DNA from: Octopus bimaculoides | Lineage: Eukaryota | NCBI RefSeq assembly: GCF_001194135.2 | Contig: NC_068983.1 | Location: 91,857,579-91,921,578, forward strand | Length of the DNA: 64,000 bases | Direction: 5' to 3' | Part shown: piece after piece, positions 12,524-24,647 of the stretch | How positions within the stretch are numbered: the first letter of the stretch is position 1 | Layout: each line of letters opens with the position of its first letter | Translations under genes and position numbers: made by a program | Notes under the pieces: model-generated | The model's database searches: none | What the model was told of the DNA's origin: nothing | What the model saw: the letters and a program-made list of their open reading frames with translations, nothing else

Positions 12524-12961
12524 CTGTAAGCTTTATTTAGCACGATGATCATTTCAGTTTACATCTGCACTGTTCCCTATTGGGTGGGGAATAGCATAAG
12601 GGAATCGAATTCACCCCACAGTGCAGAAGAAATCTCATCAGGTTACATAATATGTTCCAGTGTTATAATCTGTACATTTCACTACTGTGTGTGGCCATAT
12701 GGTGTTGGTATGATGTGTGCATTTACAGTAGTTCACAAATCCATTAAGGATTTGTGAACTACTGTAAATACATATATCATACCAACACTATCTTGCCACA
12801 CATAGTAGCAAAATGTATTTAACACTGTAACATATTACGTAACCTGATTAGGTTTCTTCTGCACTGTGGGGTGTATTCAATTCCATTATACCATTCCGCA
12901 CCCATTAGGGAGCAATGCAGATGTAAAATGAAATGATCACCATGCTAAATAAAGCTTACAG
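12524..12961. mobile_element. Foldback MITE (whole-element palindrome, TA-flanked)
   Basis: The ends are TA|CTGTAAGCTTTATTTAGCA and TGCTAAATAAAGCTTACAG|TA. The arms stay complementary with mismatches up to the centre near 12743. Confidence 0.8.
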
Positions 12962-13599
12962 TACATTCTGTCTTCCCTATCAATTATTTAAAATATACAT
13001 ATATATATTATATAGTGAACATCCCTACAATTCAGAGGCCAGTTGCTCATGCAGGAAGTATAATGACTGCCCAGTGGGAGGCCAATGTGAGGGGAGGTGG
13101 GTTGTATATGAGGGTGTGATGGTATCCCTAACAACCAGAATAATAGCAGCAGCATTTTGTCCAACAACAATGTTGAAAACAATGGCAGAAGTGGAGGTGG
13201 CAGCAGTAGCAATGCATCAAGCAGCAGAGTCACCAACACCAACAACTATGACTGCAGCACTACAGCTGGAGATGACTGCTATGCTAGCAGCAGCAGGACT
13301 ACTGAGCCCATGACCAGAAATAACAACACCAATGGCAGATCCAACACCACTAGCAAAAGCAGCAGCAACATCAACACTATGGCCAGGAGTGACTACTATG
13401 CCAGCAACAGCAACACTGGACCCATGCACTGTAATAACAGCACCAATAGCAGCTTCAGTAACAGTAGCAACATCAGGCCTGGGGCCAACATAAGAAACAC
13501 CAGAGGTGATAACACAACCAACACTTAGAGATACATTGATTCAGCTAGAACTGCCTTTAAGTGACACCTGCACCACCATAGGTCCTCTTTTAGGATTCT

Positions 13600-14950
13600 G
13601 GAAATATGTTACATCACATCAAGCCATGTGAGGTGCCTTAAGGATGAAGGAATTCTGTATGCAAATTAAATGGAGTTTTCTAGAACAACTGAGGTCCTAT
13701 CTAAATGAGAGTGGATGATGCAAACTTTGCATAGCAGAGCAGACAAGGATCCTAATACACTTGCTTGACCTAGTAGCCAAAGCACCTCTGCAAGACAATG
13801 TTGATAATCTAGAAGCTAACACTATGGAGAGCATCCAGCAAATAACTAACTCCATCCCCCAGAGTATTAAAATAATGATAGACTATCTTATTAGGAACCC
13901 AAACTATAATCTACCCGTTTTAGACACAGAACTCTGGTTAGAAACGAAGGTCCAAATCCTTTGATCTTATGCCAAACCCATGACCTCTAAGTACTTTGTT
14001 CATAAGAACACAGCTATTGTGGACATCGCCAAGTTCAACATTCTTATAGCTGAGTTGGTGAGAGTGAGGAGGAATTTGTCTTGCATGAGTGACCCCATAG
14101 AATTAGAAAGACATGTACAACATTTCATCCACTGCATGCAGTTCTCTGGCTACAATCAAAGGGACAGGATTAGAGTGTACAAAGGAGCCAGGACTAAGTA
14201 TAAAGCCACCAAAGAGTGTGGAGTGTGATGCTAAGGGGATCTGCTTGTTGTACAGGAGTAAATCCTGGAACAGCACAGGGAGGACCAGAAATAAGATAGA
14301 TAAGGCCAACTCTTGGTATGAAAACAAAAAATACCAGAGCATCATGTTCATCTATGCTACTGCTGGTGGCGAACTAGCATACCTTTTTAGAAAAACATTA
14401 TGTAAGACTAATCTAGGGATTAGTAGTAGAAAGGCCCGGTGCCCCTATAAAAGTAGTAGGAAGTAGTAGAAAGGCCTGGTGCCCCTATAAAGTCCCTGAT
14501 CTGTAGAACCTATCCCTTTGATAAGTCCCCATGAAGAGAGAGCAATTAATTGTGTTGTATGTAGGATGAACCCACAAGTTAACTGCAAGGTTAGGAATAT
14601 AGTGTATAGCTTACGATGTATTGAGGGATGGCGCAGAAACATGACAGCTACTTACATTGGAGAGACTGCACACAGCATAGGGAGCATATAGGTGAACACT
14701 GGCGAGAACTCAAAGAAGAGAAAGGCTTGTCAGTGCTCTACCAACATGTTCAAGCAGAACATGGAGGCTTGATTAATAGCATAGAGGTTAAAGTATTATT
14801 GATGCATAGAACTGATACAGCACTTAGACAGATCACAGAGGCTACACACATAGCAGTAAAGAGACTGAGCCTCAATAGAAAACACAAATGGAACAATAAC
14901 ATGCACCACCACACCACAGCACGACAGAAGGGAGAAGAAGATGAGAGAAA
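13600..14950 (+). pseudogene. Penelope-like RT and GIY-YIG remnant of a distinct (Naiad-like) family
   Basis: LPVLDTELW, YAKPMTSK...KFNILIAELVRVRRN...MQFSGY, NIVYSLRC, YIGETAHS and RQITEA.HI...LNRKHKWN. Stops and frameshifts are present. Confidence 0.7.
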
Positions 14951-15718
14951 AGAAATAGTAATAAATAAAACACAGATACAAACAGGGTCATACACACACA
15001 ATAGACATATATGCACATGCCTGTGATACATATAAGAAATAGAGATAGATAAATAAAAAAATAAATATATTTGTCACATATCTGTGACATAAGAAATGGA
15101 GATAGATAAAAAATAAATATATAAATCTATATACAGGGCATGGATACAAACAACATAAGAAGTGAACCCTTATACATGCAAAAATACACATACAATAACT
15201 TCACAGATGGCTGCGACAGTATCAACAACATGACAAACAGCATCAGCAGCAGTGGTGGTGACAACAATGGCAATAACAACAACAACTACCACAGTGGCAG
15301 CACCATGGGCAAACACACAAACATAGAGAGATACAGAAACTGTACCAAATTTTCGGGTCTTCGGGCAGCAGTAGCAACAGCAGAGGAAAGGATGGGGCTG
15401 AGGGGAAGGTCATACTACTACTAAGAACAATGACACACACGCAAACACACACACACATGCACGCATGCACACATAAGAATACACATCATAGAAGAGCAGA
15501 ATGTAATAAGAGGAGCAAGAGCATACACAAAGATGAAAAGTGTTGCTGAATAGGTCAGAGATGTGTGATGAAAGATTTCTGGACATGAGTTAGAATAAGA
15601 ACAGTAATAAATGAGTGAAGAACAAATAATATATAGTGCATGTGTTTATTCGGCAAGAGAAATAATGGGGGAAAAAATGACCATTCCAAAATACAATATC
15701 TATTTCAACACACAATTT

Positions 15719-15753
<35 letters not shown>

Positions 15754-15989
15754 CGAGAAAAGCAGCTAGTTCTAAAATCCCTAAAGGAGATATAAGTAGT
15801 AACAATATTAGACAATAATATTTTTTGCGCCACTACAAAATGGCTGTTCTATACAGAACTATGTTACTACATTTTAACCCCAGGAAAACATCTTTTCCAG
15901 CTGGTTAATGGCACACACCCTGAATCTGATATATTGTGAGTAAGGAAGTGAACCACTCCCCTCCAGCTTGGCAAGACTAGCAGACCATA

Positions 15990-16800
15990 TACATATATAT
16001 ATGGTTCAAGTGTACAGAAGACAGAGACAGGTGGGGGAACAACAAGCAGGTACATTAGTTTGACACTCATGAAAAATGGAAAAGTCTTTGACATTTTGAG
16101 CCTATGCTCTTAGACAGAAAGGGATGAGAAAAAAAAGGTAAGAGAAAAAATGTGTTGGGATTAATGGTTCCAGATGTTGAAATTACAAGAAGGAAGAGGC
16201 CAATGGAAGGGAACATAACAGTGACCTTGCTAAACAGGGGTGCACAAGCATGCGTGCATATGTGCTTGTGTGTATGTTTGTGCTTATGTGTGTGCATGAA
16301 GTGTGTGTGATACTATAGTGCACATGTGTATTGTGTGTGGTTATGTGTGAAAACTGTATGTGTTTATGCATGAATATTGTGTGCTTATGTGCATATGTAT
16401 GTGTGAGTGAGTGAGTGTAGTCACTGTTACTACTTGGTGTGTGTGAGAATGGGACTGTTGGATAAAGTGTGTGTGTGTGTAATGCTCTGTATTTGTGCAT
16501 ATGTGTATGTGTGTTGGGTGTTTGTATGTGTGAGGCCATCAGGCATATATGAGTGTGTTGTGGGGGGAATGCACAGAAGTGTGAGGGAGAATGCATGGAG
16601 ATGCAAGGTGGGATAGGGGTGACAGGAGGTAAGGGTTGAGAGGTGTCAGGTGCTTGTGTGTGTGAAGTGGGAAGAAGTGTGGGTGTGTGCATGTGCATGT
16701 GAGTATGTGTAGGTGTGTGGATATTGATGTGTAGTGGGGATAGTGAGTTAAATGGTGTGTGTAGGTGTTTGCATTTACACACATACACACACACATATAT
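15990..16800 (-). mobile_element. Penelope 3' region and terminal motif, decayed
   Basis: 16060-16140 is the reverse complement of the terminal motif at 4550-4650 and 9125-9230, followed by a TG-rich tract. Confidence 0.5.
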
Positions 16801-16829
16801 GCATAACCGTGATGTCATACACGAGAAAT

Positions 16830-19038
16830 GTGTCTGCATGGATGATGGTGCCCTTGTGTTTAATGATTCTGCAAAGGAAGAGGCTTGGAGATGCCATTAT
16901 GAAAGCCTGCTGAATGTGGAGAATGAATGGGAGGAGGAGAGTCTGCCAAAGGTTGACTCAACTGAGGGACCAGCTACTCGAATCAACAGTACCCTGGTAG
17001 ATAAAGCAATTAAAGACAAGAAGACAGGGAAAGCATTTGACCCATCAGAAATCACTGCTGAGATGCTTAAAATATCGGGTGGTGTGTGTTATGGTCTTGT
17101 CACCTGCATTGTAAATCAGGTAGTTCATGAAGGAGTCATACCCAATAGTTAACTGCACCATAGTTAACTGCTACAAAGATAAAGGTGATACTTTAGATAG
17201 AAATAACTACAGAGGTATCAAATTATTGGATCAGGTGATGAAAGTTAGAGAGGGACATAGCCCAACTAATTAGGGAGAGAGTTAGCCGAGATGAGATGCA
17301 GTTTGGTTTTGTGCCAGGCAGAAGCACCACTGATTCTATATTTCTGGCAAGAGAAATATCTAACCAAAGATAAACCTCTGTACCTGGCTTTTGTTGACTT
17401 GGAGAAAACCTTTGACAGGGTCTCTCGATCCCTTATCTGGGGGTCAATGTGGAAACTCAGGATAGATGAGTATTTGGTAAGAGTTGTACAAGCCCTGTAC
17501 AGGGATGCTGTCAGTAAGGTGAGGGTTGGCAATGAATATAGTGAAGAATTCCAGGTAGAAGTAGGAGTTCGCCAAGGATCAGTCCTCAGCCCCCTCTTAT
17601 TCATCATAGTATTCCAGGCAATAACAGCGGAAAAAAGACAGGTTGCCCCTGGGAGCTCCTCTATGCTGATGACCTTGCTCTAATAGCTGAGTCACTGCCA
17701 GGACTAGAAACAAAGTTTAGGGTGTGGAAGCAAGGTCTAGAATCTAGGGTTAACCTAACAAAAACCAAAGTCTTAGTAAGTAGGAAGGCTGATAAATCAC
17801 AAACCCCTGCCCAATCTGTAGAAAAGGCATGGGTAGAAACTCCATATGATGTACTTGGTGTAAGCTTTGGACACATAAAAGGTGCAGCAATATCAAAGGA
17901 AGGTTAACCAGGAAGATAGTTTTTGTGTGTGACAGATGCACAGGGGTGATAAACACTGAAGATGTACAGAAAACAGATTCCATCACATGCCAAGGGAAAA
18001 AAACTAGAAGTAGTTGATAGCTTCCGCTACCTAGGTGACCAAGTCTATAGTGGGGGTGGTTGCTCTGAGAGTGTAGTGGCTAGAATAAGAATAGCCTGGG
18101 TAAAGTTCAGGGAGCTCCTACCTTTGCTCAGGATGAAAGATAGACTGTATAATGCATGTGAGCAAACTGCCATGCTACACGGTAGTGAAACATGGACCAT
18201 GACTACTGAGGACATGTGTAGGCTTGAATGAAATGAAGCTAGTATGATCCGCTGGATGTATAATGTCATTTTGCATACACGACAGAGTGTGAGCACCCTG
18301 AGAGAAAAGTTGGACATAAGACGCATCAAATGTGGTGCACAAGAGAGACGACTGTGCTGGTATGGTCATGTGTTATGTAAGGATGAGGACAGCTGTGTGA
18401 AAAAGTGTCACACCCTAACTGTAGAAGGAACCGGTAGAAGAGGTAGACCCATGAAGACATAGGATGAGATGGTGAAGCATCACCTTCGAACATTGGCCTC
18501 ACAGAGGTAATGACAGGAGACCGAGACCTTTGGAGATATGTTGTGATTGAGGAGACCCGGCCACTAAAGTGAGGTTGCAACCATGACTGATGCCAGTGTT
18601 GTTGTATGTCTGGCCCATTTAAAATTACCCTTGATGCGTTGGGCAATATGATATGCTTCAGAAGACCTGTTGAGTCAAGTAAAACAAAAATCGTAGCTGC
18701 AGCCAGTGCCTCATGACTGGGTCCTGTGCTGGTGGCACTATCCGAATATGGTTGATGCCAGGTCCGCCTGACTGGCTCTCATGCCGGTGGTACACAAAAA
18801 GCACCATTTGAACATGGCTGATGCCAGGCCCGCCTGACTGGCTCCTGTGCCGGTGGCACGTAACAAGCACCCACTATACTCTTGGAGTGGTTGACATTAG
18901 GAAGGGCATCCAGCTGTAGAAACATTGCCTGATCAGATTGGAGCCTGGTGCAGCCGCTGGCTTTCCTGACCTCAGTCAAACTGTCCAACCCATGCCAGCA
19001 TGAAAAACGGACGTTAAACGACGACAATGATGATGATG
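16830..19038 (+). mobile_element. RTE-clade LINE, 5'-truncated and decayed
   Basis: HYESLLNVENEW, LYLAFVDLEKTFDRV, GVRQGSVLSPLLF and SFRYLGD. The 3' end is ...GGACGTTAAACGAC followed by a (GAT)n tail. Confidence 0.9.
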
Positions 19039-19094
19039 TGTGTGTGTGTGTGTGTGTCTGTATATGAATATGCATATATATATATACACACACA

Positions 19095-20055
19095 CACATG
19101 TAGCTGCTAGAATAAGAATAGGCTGGGCAAAGTTCAGAGAGCTCCTACCTCTGTTGATAACAAAGAGCCTTTCTCCCAGAGTGAAAGGCAGGTTGTATAA
19201 TGTCTGTGTGCAAACAGTCAAGCTATATGGGAGTGAAACATGAACTGTAACTGCCAAGGACATGTGTAGGCTCTAAAGAAATGAAGCTAGTATGCTTCGC
19301 TGGATGTGCAATGTCAGAGTGCATGTATGACAGAGTAGAAAAAAAAGTTGGGGATAAGAGGTATCAGACGTGGTGTGCAAGAGAGATGACTTGGTATGGT
19401 CAGGTGATGTGGATCAATGTGGACAGTGGTTTGAACAAGTGCCAATCTCTAACGGGAGGGAAGCTGTGGAAGAGGGAGTCACAGGAAGACATGAGATGAG
19501 GTAGTGAAGCATGATCTTCAAACATTGGGCTTCATGGAGGCAATGACTAGTGACCAAGACCTTTGATGATATGCCATGCTTGAGAAGACCCAACAAACCA
19601 AGTGAAATCATAGTCGTGGCTACTGCTGGTGTCATGTAACTGGCGTCTGTTCTGGTGGCACATAAAAAGCACCTTTCGAGCATTGGACCTCATGGAGGTA
19701 ATGTGGCCGATGTTATTGTCACATAAAAAAGTACGTTTCAAGTGGTGGGCCTCATGGAGGCAGTGACAAATGACCAAGACCTTTGACAATATGCTGTGCT
19801 TGAGAAGACCCATCAATCCAAGGGAAATCATAGTCGTATCAGATACTGGTGTCATGCAACTGGCACCCTTGCCAGTGGCATGCAAAAGCACCTATTACAC
19901 TCTCAGAGTGGTTGGCATTAGGAAGGGCATCCAGCTGTAGAAACCATGCCAAAACAGACTGGAGTCTGGTGTAGCCCCTTAGCTTACCAGCCCTGGTCAA
20001 ATCATCCAACTCATGCCAGCATGGACAACAAACATTAAATGATGATGATGATGAT
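19095..20055 (+). mobile_element. RTE-clade LINE 3' fragment
   Basis: ARIRIGWAKFRELLPLL, with the same 3' UTR and (GAT)n tail as 16830-19038. Confidence 0.85.
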
Positions 20056-20199
20056 ACACACACACACATGTATATATATATTTTATTTATGAAGGTATGG
20101 GCTAGTATATGTAGATGTGTATGTGTACAAGTTGGTGTACTGATGGAAACTCATGTGTGTATGTGTATATATATATGTGTGTATGTATAAGTGTTAGGA

Positions 20200-21650
20200 T
20201 TATATGAAAGTTACAGAGAGGATCACAGCTCAACTAATTAGGAAGAGAGTTAATCTAGATTGGACGCAGTTTGGTTTTGTGTCAGGGAGAAGCACCACTA
20301 ATGCTATATTCCTGGTAAGGCAGCTGCAGAAGAACCTAGCCAAAAAAAGCCCTCTGTACTTTTGATGACATGGAGAAAACCTTTGACTGAGTCCCCTACT
20401 ACTTTATCTAATGGTCAATTCAGAAGCCATGGATAGATAAGTGGTTGGTGAGAGCTGTACAAGCCATGTACAGGGATGCTGTCAATAATATGAGAGTCGG
20501 CAATGAGTATAGCAGTGAATTCAGTGTGCAAGTAGTTCAAGGTCTTCAGCCACCTCTTGTTCATCATAGTCCTCCAAGGATTTAAGATGGATTGATTTTG
20601 AGAGCACCTCTATGCTGATTACTTTTTTCTTAAAGCTGAATCACTACCAGAACTAGAGAAAAAATTTCAGATGTGGAAGCAAGGTCTGGAATGAAAGGAA
20701 CTTAGAGTTAATTTATCAAAGACCAAGGTCTTTGTAAGTAGGAAGGCAGACAAATCACAAATCCTTTTAGATAGATTGTCTTGCTCAATTTGTAGAAAAG
20801 GCATAGGTAGAAACTACACAAGGTGTACTAAGTGCAAGCTACGGACACATAAGAAGTGCAGCAATATCAGAGGAAGATTGACAGAGAGAGTAGTCTTTGT
20901 GTGTGGCAGGTGTATAGGTACAATAAACACTAGAAATGTACAGAAAGTAGAGTATGCCAGTGGAGAATACTTAGAAGTATTAGAATGCCAGAGGGGATAG
21001 TTGGAAGTAGTAGATAGCTTCTATTAACTGGGTGACCAAGTTTGCACTGGAGGAGAATGCTTTGAGAGCATAGCTGCAAATATAAGAATAGGCTGGGCAA
21101 AGTTCAGAGAGCTTCTACCTTTTTTGTTTTGGTAACAAAGGGCATCTCTCTCAGATGAAAGGCGTATTGTGTGTGAATAGTTATGCTACATGGTAGTGAA
21201 ACATGAACTGTAACTGTAGAGGACAAGTGAAGTCTTGAAAGAAATGAAGTTAGTATGTCTCACCGGATATGCTGTGTCTGTGTGCACATGTGAAGTGTCT
21301 TTAGAGAAAAATTGGGCATAAGATATGATGTGCAAGAGAGAAGACTGCACTGGTATGGTCATGTGATGTGTAAGGACAAGGACAGCTGTGTAAAGAAGTA
21401 CCAGTCTTTAACTGTGGAAAAAATCTGTGGAAGAGGTAGACTCAGAAAGACATAGGACAAGGTGATGAAATATGATCTTTGGATTTTGTATCTCACGGAG
21501 GCAATGACAAGTGAAATAGACCTTTGGTGATTTGCTGTGCTTGAGAAGACACATCAAGCCAAGTGAAATTGTGGTTGTGGCCAGTGCTGGTGACATGTAA
21601 AAGGCACCCTGTATACTTTTGGAGTGGTTGGCATTAGGAAGGGCATCCAG
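20200..21650 (+). mobile_element. RTE-clade LINE fragment
   Basis: Homologous to 17240-18910, including CSICRKGIGRN..RCTKCKL..HKKC. Confidence 0.85.
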
Positions 21651-21709
21651 TCATGAGTACAGGTATATTTATATGTATGTATGTCTCTTCTATTTTTTTA
21701 ATTATTATA

Positions 21710-22880
21710 AATCTTCCATTGAGGAAGGGAGCTGGTTTCCAATAAAGATACAAGACTCCATCTTTGGGTTGTAGTTAACACAGACAAATTCACATTTGGA
21801 ACTTGAAAAAAGTCTTGCATATTTTTACTGTCTCACTCACAGATTGGACTTGTAATGTATGTATCAGCCAGTCAATTTCTCTTTCTGAAAATCCTAGTTT
21901 ATCCAGATGCTCTTTTAAGCATTTACTAACAAAACCTAGTGCTCCAATTATTATTGGTATGAATATGAATTCATAGTCTGGATATAGAAGCTGGAGGTTT
22001 CGAAGCAGTTGTCCATAGATATCCTCTTTTTCTTTGATTTTCAAAGAGATATTTATATCTGTAGGGTAGCTAACCTCTATGATGGTACATACCTATGCCC
22101 CTCTATCCCAAACAATATCCGGCCTGTTATGCTTACATATGACAGAAGTTTTGGTGGGAATATTCCACCAGTATTCCTTGAGTTATGAATGTATTCCATA
22201 ACAGAGGGATTGTTTAAATTTATTTCAGGACAGTCGTTTTTGCAGATGGCATTGTAAACTGTTTTAGCAACAACATCATGCCGCATAGAGAGGTAGTACC
22301 ATGACAACATTTTAGGGCAGCTGCTAATCACATGCGTAATGTCCTCCACAGAAACATGACATAGTCTGTACATGCGGTTGCACCTTGGGATTACAAGAGT
22401 GTTACTGTCTCTCTTATTCATCAGGTACTTTGTGGTAATCTCCTGTTCCTAGATTGCAAATGCATAACCTTCAAAGTATGATGTGATGTAGTGGTCCTGT
22501 GTCCAAGAGAGACTGCACTTTGTGTCAATTCTACTGTCTTCTTCAAGCTTCCAGGCAACATACCCATGCATGGTCTTTTTCTTGTATGCTGAGTGCTATC
22601 CATCCAGGTCTTCTTTGAGGTAAGAGAGCCCAGCTGTTTTGGGGCTGTATAGGAGATCATCAGGAAGAGAATGTTTCTTGAAGAGTTCACTGCCAACTAG
22701 TACAATGTTGCTCACTTCACTTTTCAGGACTGCATATATTCATTTTCACTACTGTTGTTTTTATATGTTAGGCCTTAAATCTCAATATCTGAGCATTTCC
22801 TCATGTCTGCATGGTAGAAAGTTAGAATTTTTTTGTCTTTGTACAGAGTCTCATGAGCTGGCCATAAGGCTTTAGCTTTC
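21710..22880 (-). mobile_element. R4/Dong-like non-LTR retrotransposon 3' end (CCHC plus restriction-like endonuclease), decayed
   Basis: FAIQEQEI, a CCHC knuckle RLC..VEDITHVISSC, HNRPDIVWD...IIEVSYP, and FIPIIIGALG, followed by a TAA-rich tail. Confidence 0.75.
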
Positions 22881-22997
22881 GTGGATATGAAACCTTTGGT
22901 AACTCTATGACCAGAATTAAGATTTTTGTTCTAATTATTCCTCTATTTTTTAGAGTGTGGTTCTTTTCTGATATGTGTGTGTGTGTGTGTGTGTGTG

Positions 22998-23361
22998 TAG
23001 CAATAAGAAAATGGAGGAGAATATGAGGTACTCATCAACTTGCGGACACTGTATTCTGTTGACTAATCTGTTTATTTTATAACCAAAATGACAGTATAGA
23101 CAATATACAGACACTTATGACATACCATGTCATATCAACAATTAAGATTTCAAATTTAAAGGACATCTAGCAATTGGCCCTTCTCCAATTGCTAGATGTC
23201 CTTTAAATTTGAAATCTTAATTGTTGATATATGGTATATCATAAGTATCTGTATATTGTCTTTGTTGTCATTTTGGTTATAAAATAAACAGATTAATCAA
23301 CAGGATACAGTGTCTGCAAGTTGATGAGTACCTCATATTCCCCTCCATTTTCTTATTGCTA
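22998..23361. repeat. About 365-bp near-perfect palindrome
   Basis: TAGCAATAAGAAAATGGAG...CAATTGG, a 7-nt loop CCCTTCT (23178-23184), then CCAATTG...CTCCATTTTCTTATTGCTA. Confidence 0.9.
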
Positions 23362-23936
23362 TATAAATTTAGGGTTAAAAAAAAAACCCTTTTACCCGCA
23401 CCCACTTATTGCACTTGGTATAACACTAGTGTAACAATAATTGGGTACCCTCCCAGCAGTATATTGGATAGATACTATCCCTTAGTGGGTTGAATCCTCA
23501 ACCCCTAACTCTCTTGGTATATATATATATATATATATATATTAATAAATTATAGGGCAGCAAAAAAATTTTAGAAATTTTATTTGCCACCAGTGGTCTA
23601 GCGAGAATAAAAATCAATCAATAAACTATATANNNNNNNNNNNNNNNNNNNNNNNNNNNNNNNNNNNNNNNNNNNNNNNNNNNNNNNNNNNNNNNNNNNN
23701 NNNNNNNNNNNNNNNNNNNNNNNNNNNNNNNNNNNNNNNNNNNNNNNNNNNNNNNNNNNNNNNNNNNNNNNNNNNNNNNNNNNNNNNNNNNNNNNNNNNN
23801 NNNNNNNNNNNNNNNNNNNNNNNNNNNNNNNNNNNNNNNNNNNNNNNNNNNNNNNNNNNNNNNNNNNNNNNNNNNNNNNNNNNNNNNNNNNNNNNNNNNN
23901 NNNNNNNNNNNNNNNNNNNNNNNNNNNNNNNNNNNN

Positions 23937-24330
23937 ATTTTCTTTCAGAAATTAGCCAAAAAATATTTTATCATTATTAATAAATTATAGGGCAGCAAAA
24001 AAATTTTAGAAACTAATAATGATAAAATATTTTTTGGCTAATTTCTGAAAGAAAATCGGCATTTTTGTATTTGCTGCCGATAAGGTAAATTTTGAAAAAT
24101 TAAGCATATAAGCATAAGCCATGTTTCCTTTGACTCGTGTTTATGTGCTCTTCTGGTTATTCTGCTGAAGATAGTGACCTTGTGAGTTATATTTTTATCT
24201 TGCTAAAATAACTTGAAACCATGGTACGGAATATAGATTGGTAAATGTCTTTATTTTCATTCCCTTTCGAAATTATCCCTAGTTTTGTGGTATAGAGTTT
24301 TTTGCTGCTCTTTCTAGTGGGTCAGATGTC
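23937..24330 (-). mobile_element. Possible Penelope ORF N-terminal remnant with a local inversion
   Basis: The minus strand gives KLGIISKG.(frameshift)KIK, which is IPKG-like. A ~40-bp inverted repeat spans 23937-24056. Confidence 0.35.
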
Positions 24331-24409
24331 CTACTATAGGCATCCCTGTATTTTAAATGAATTATATATATATATATATGTACATTTATGCATTTATTTG
24401 TGTGTCTGT

Positions 24410-24597
24410 GTTTGTACCTTCACCATTGCTTGACAACTGATGTTGGTGTGTTTACCTCTCCATAATCTAGCGGTTCAGCAAAAGAGACTGATAGAATAAG
24501 TACTAGGCTTACAAAGAATATGTCCTGGGGTAAATTTGTTCAACTAAAGGTGGGGCTCCAGCATAGCCGCAATCAAATAACTGAAACAAGTAAAAGA
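24410..24597 (+). mobile_element. SINE 3' half
   Basis: CTTGACAACTGATGTTGGTGTG...GAAACAAGTAAAAG. A related copy lies at ~62835-63017. Confidence 0.6.
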
Positions 24598-24599
24598 AG

Positions 24600-24643
<44 letters not shown>

Positions 24644-24647
<4 letters not shown>

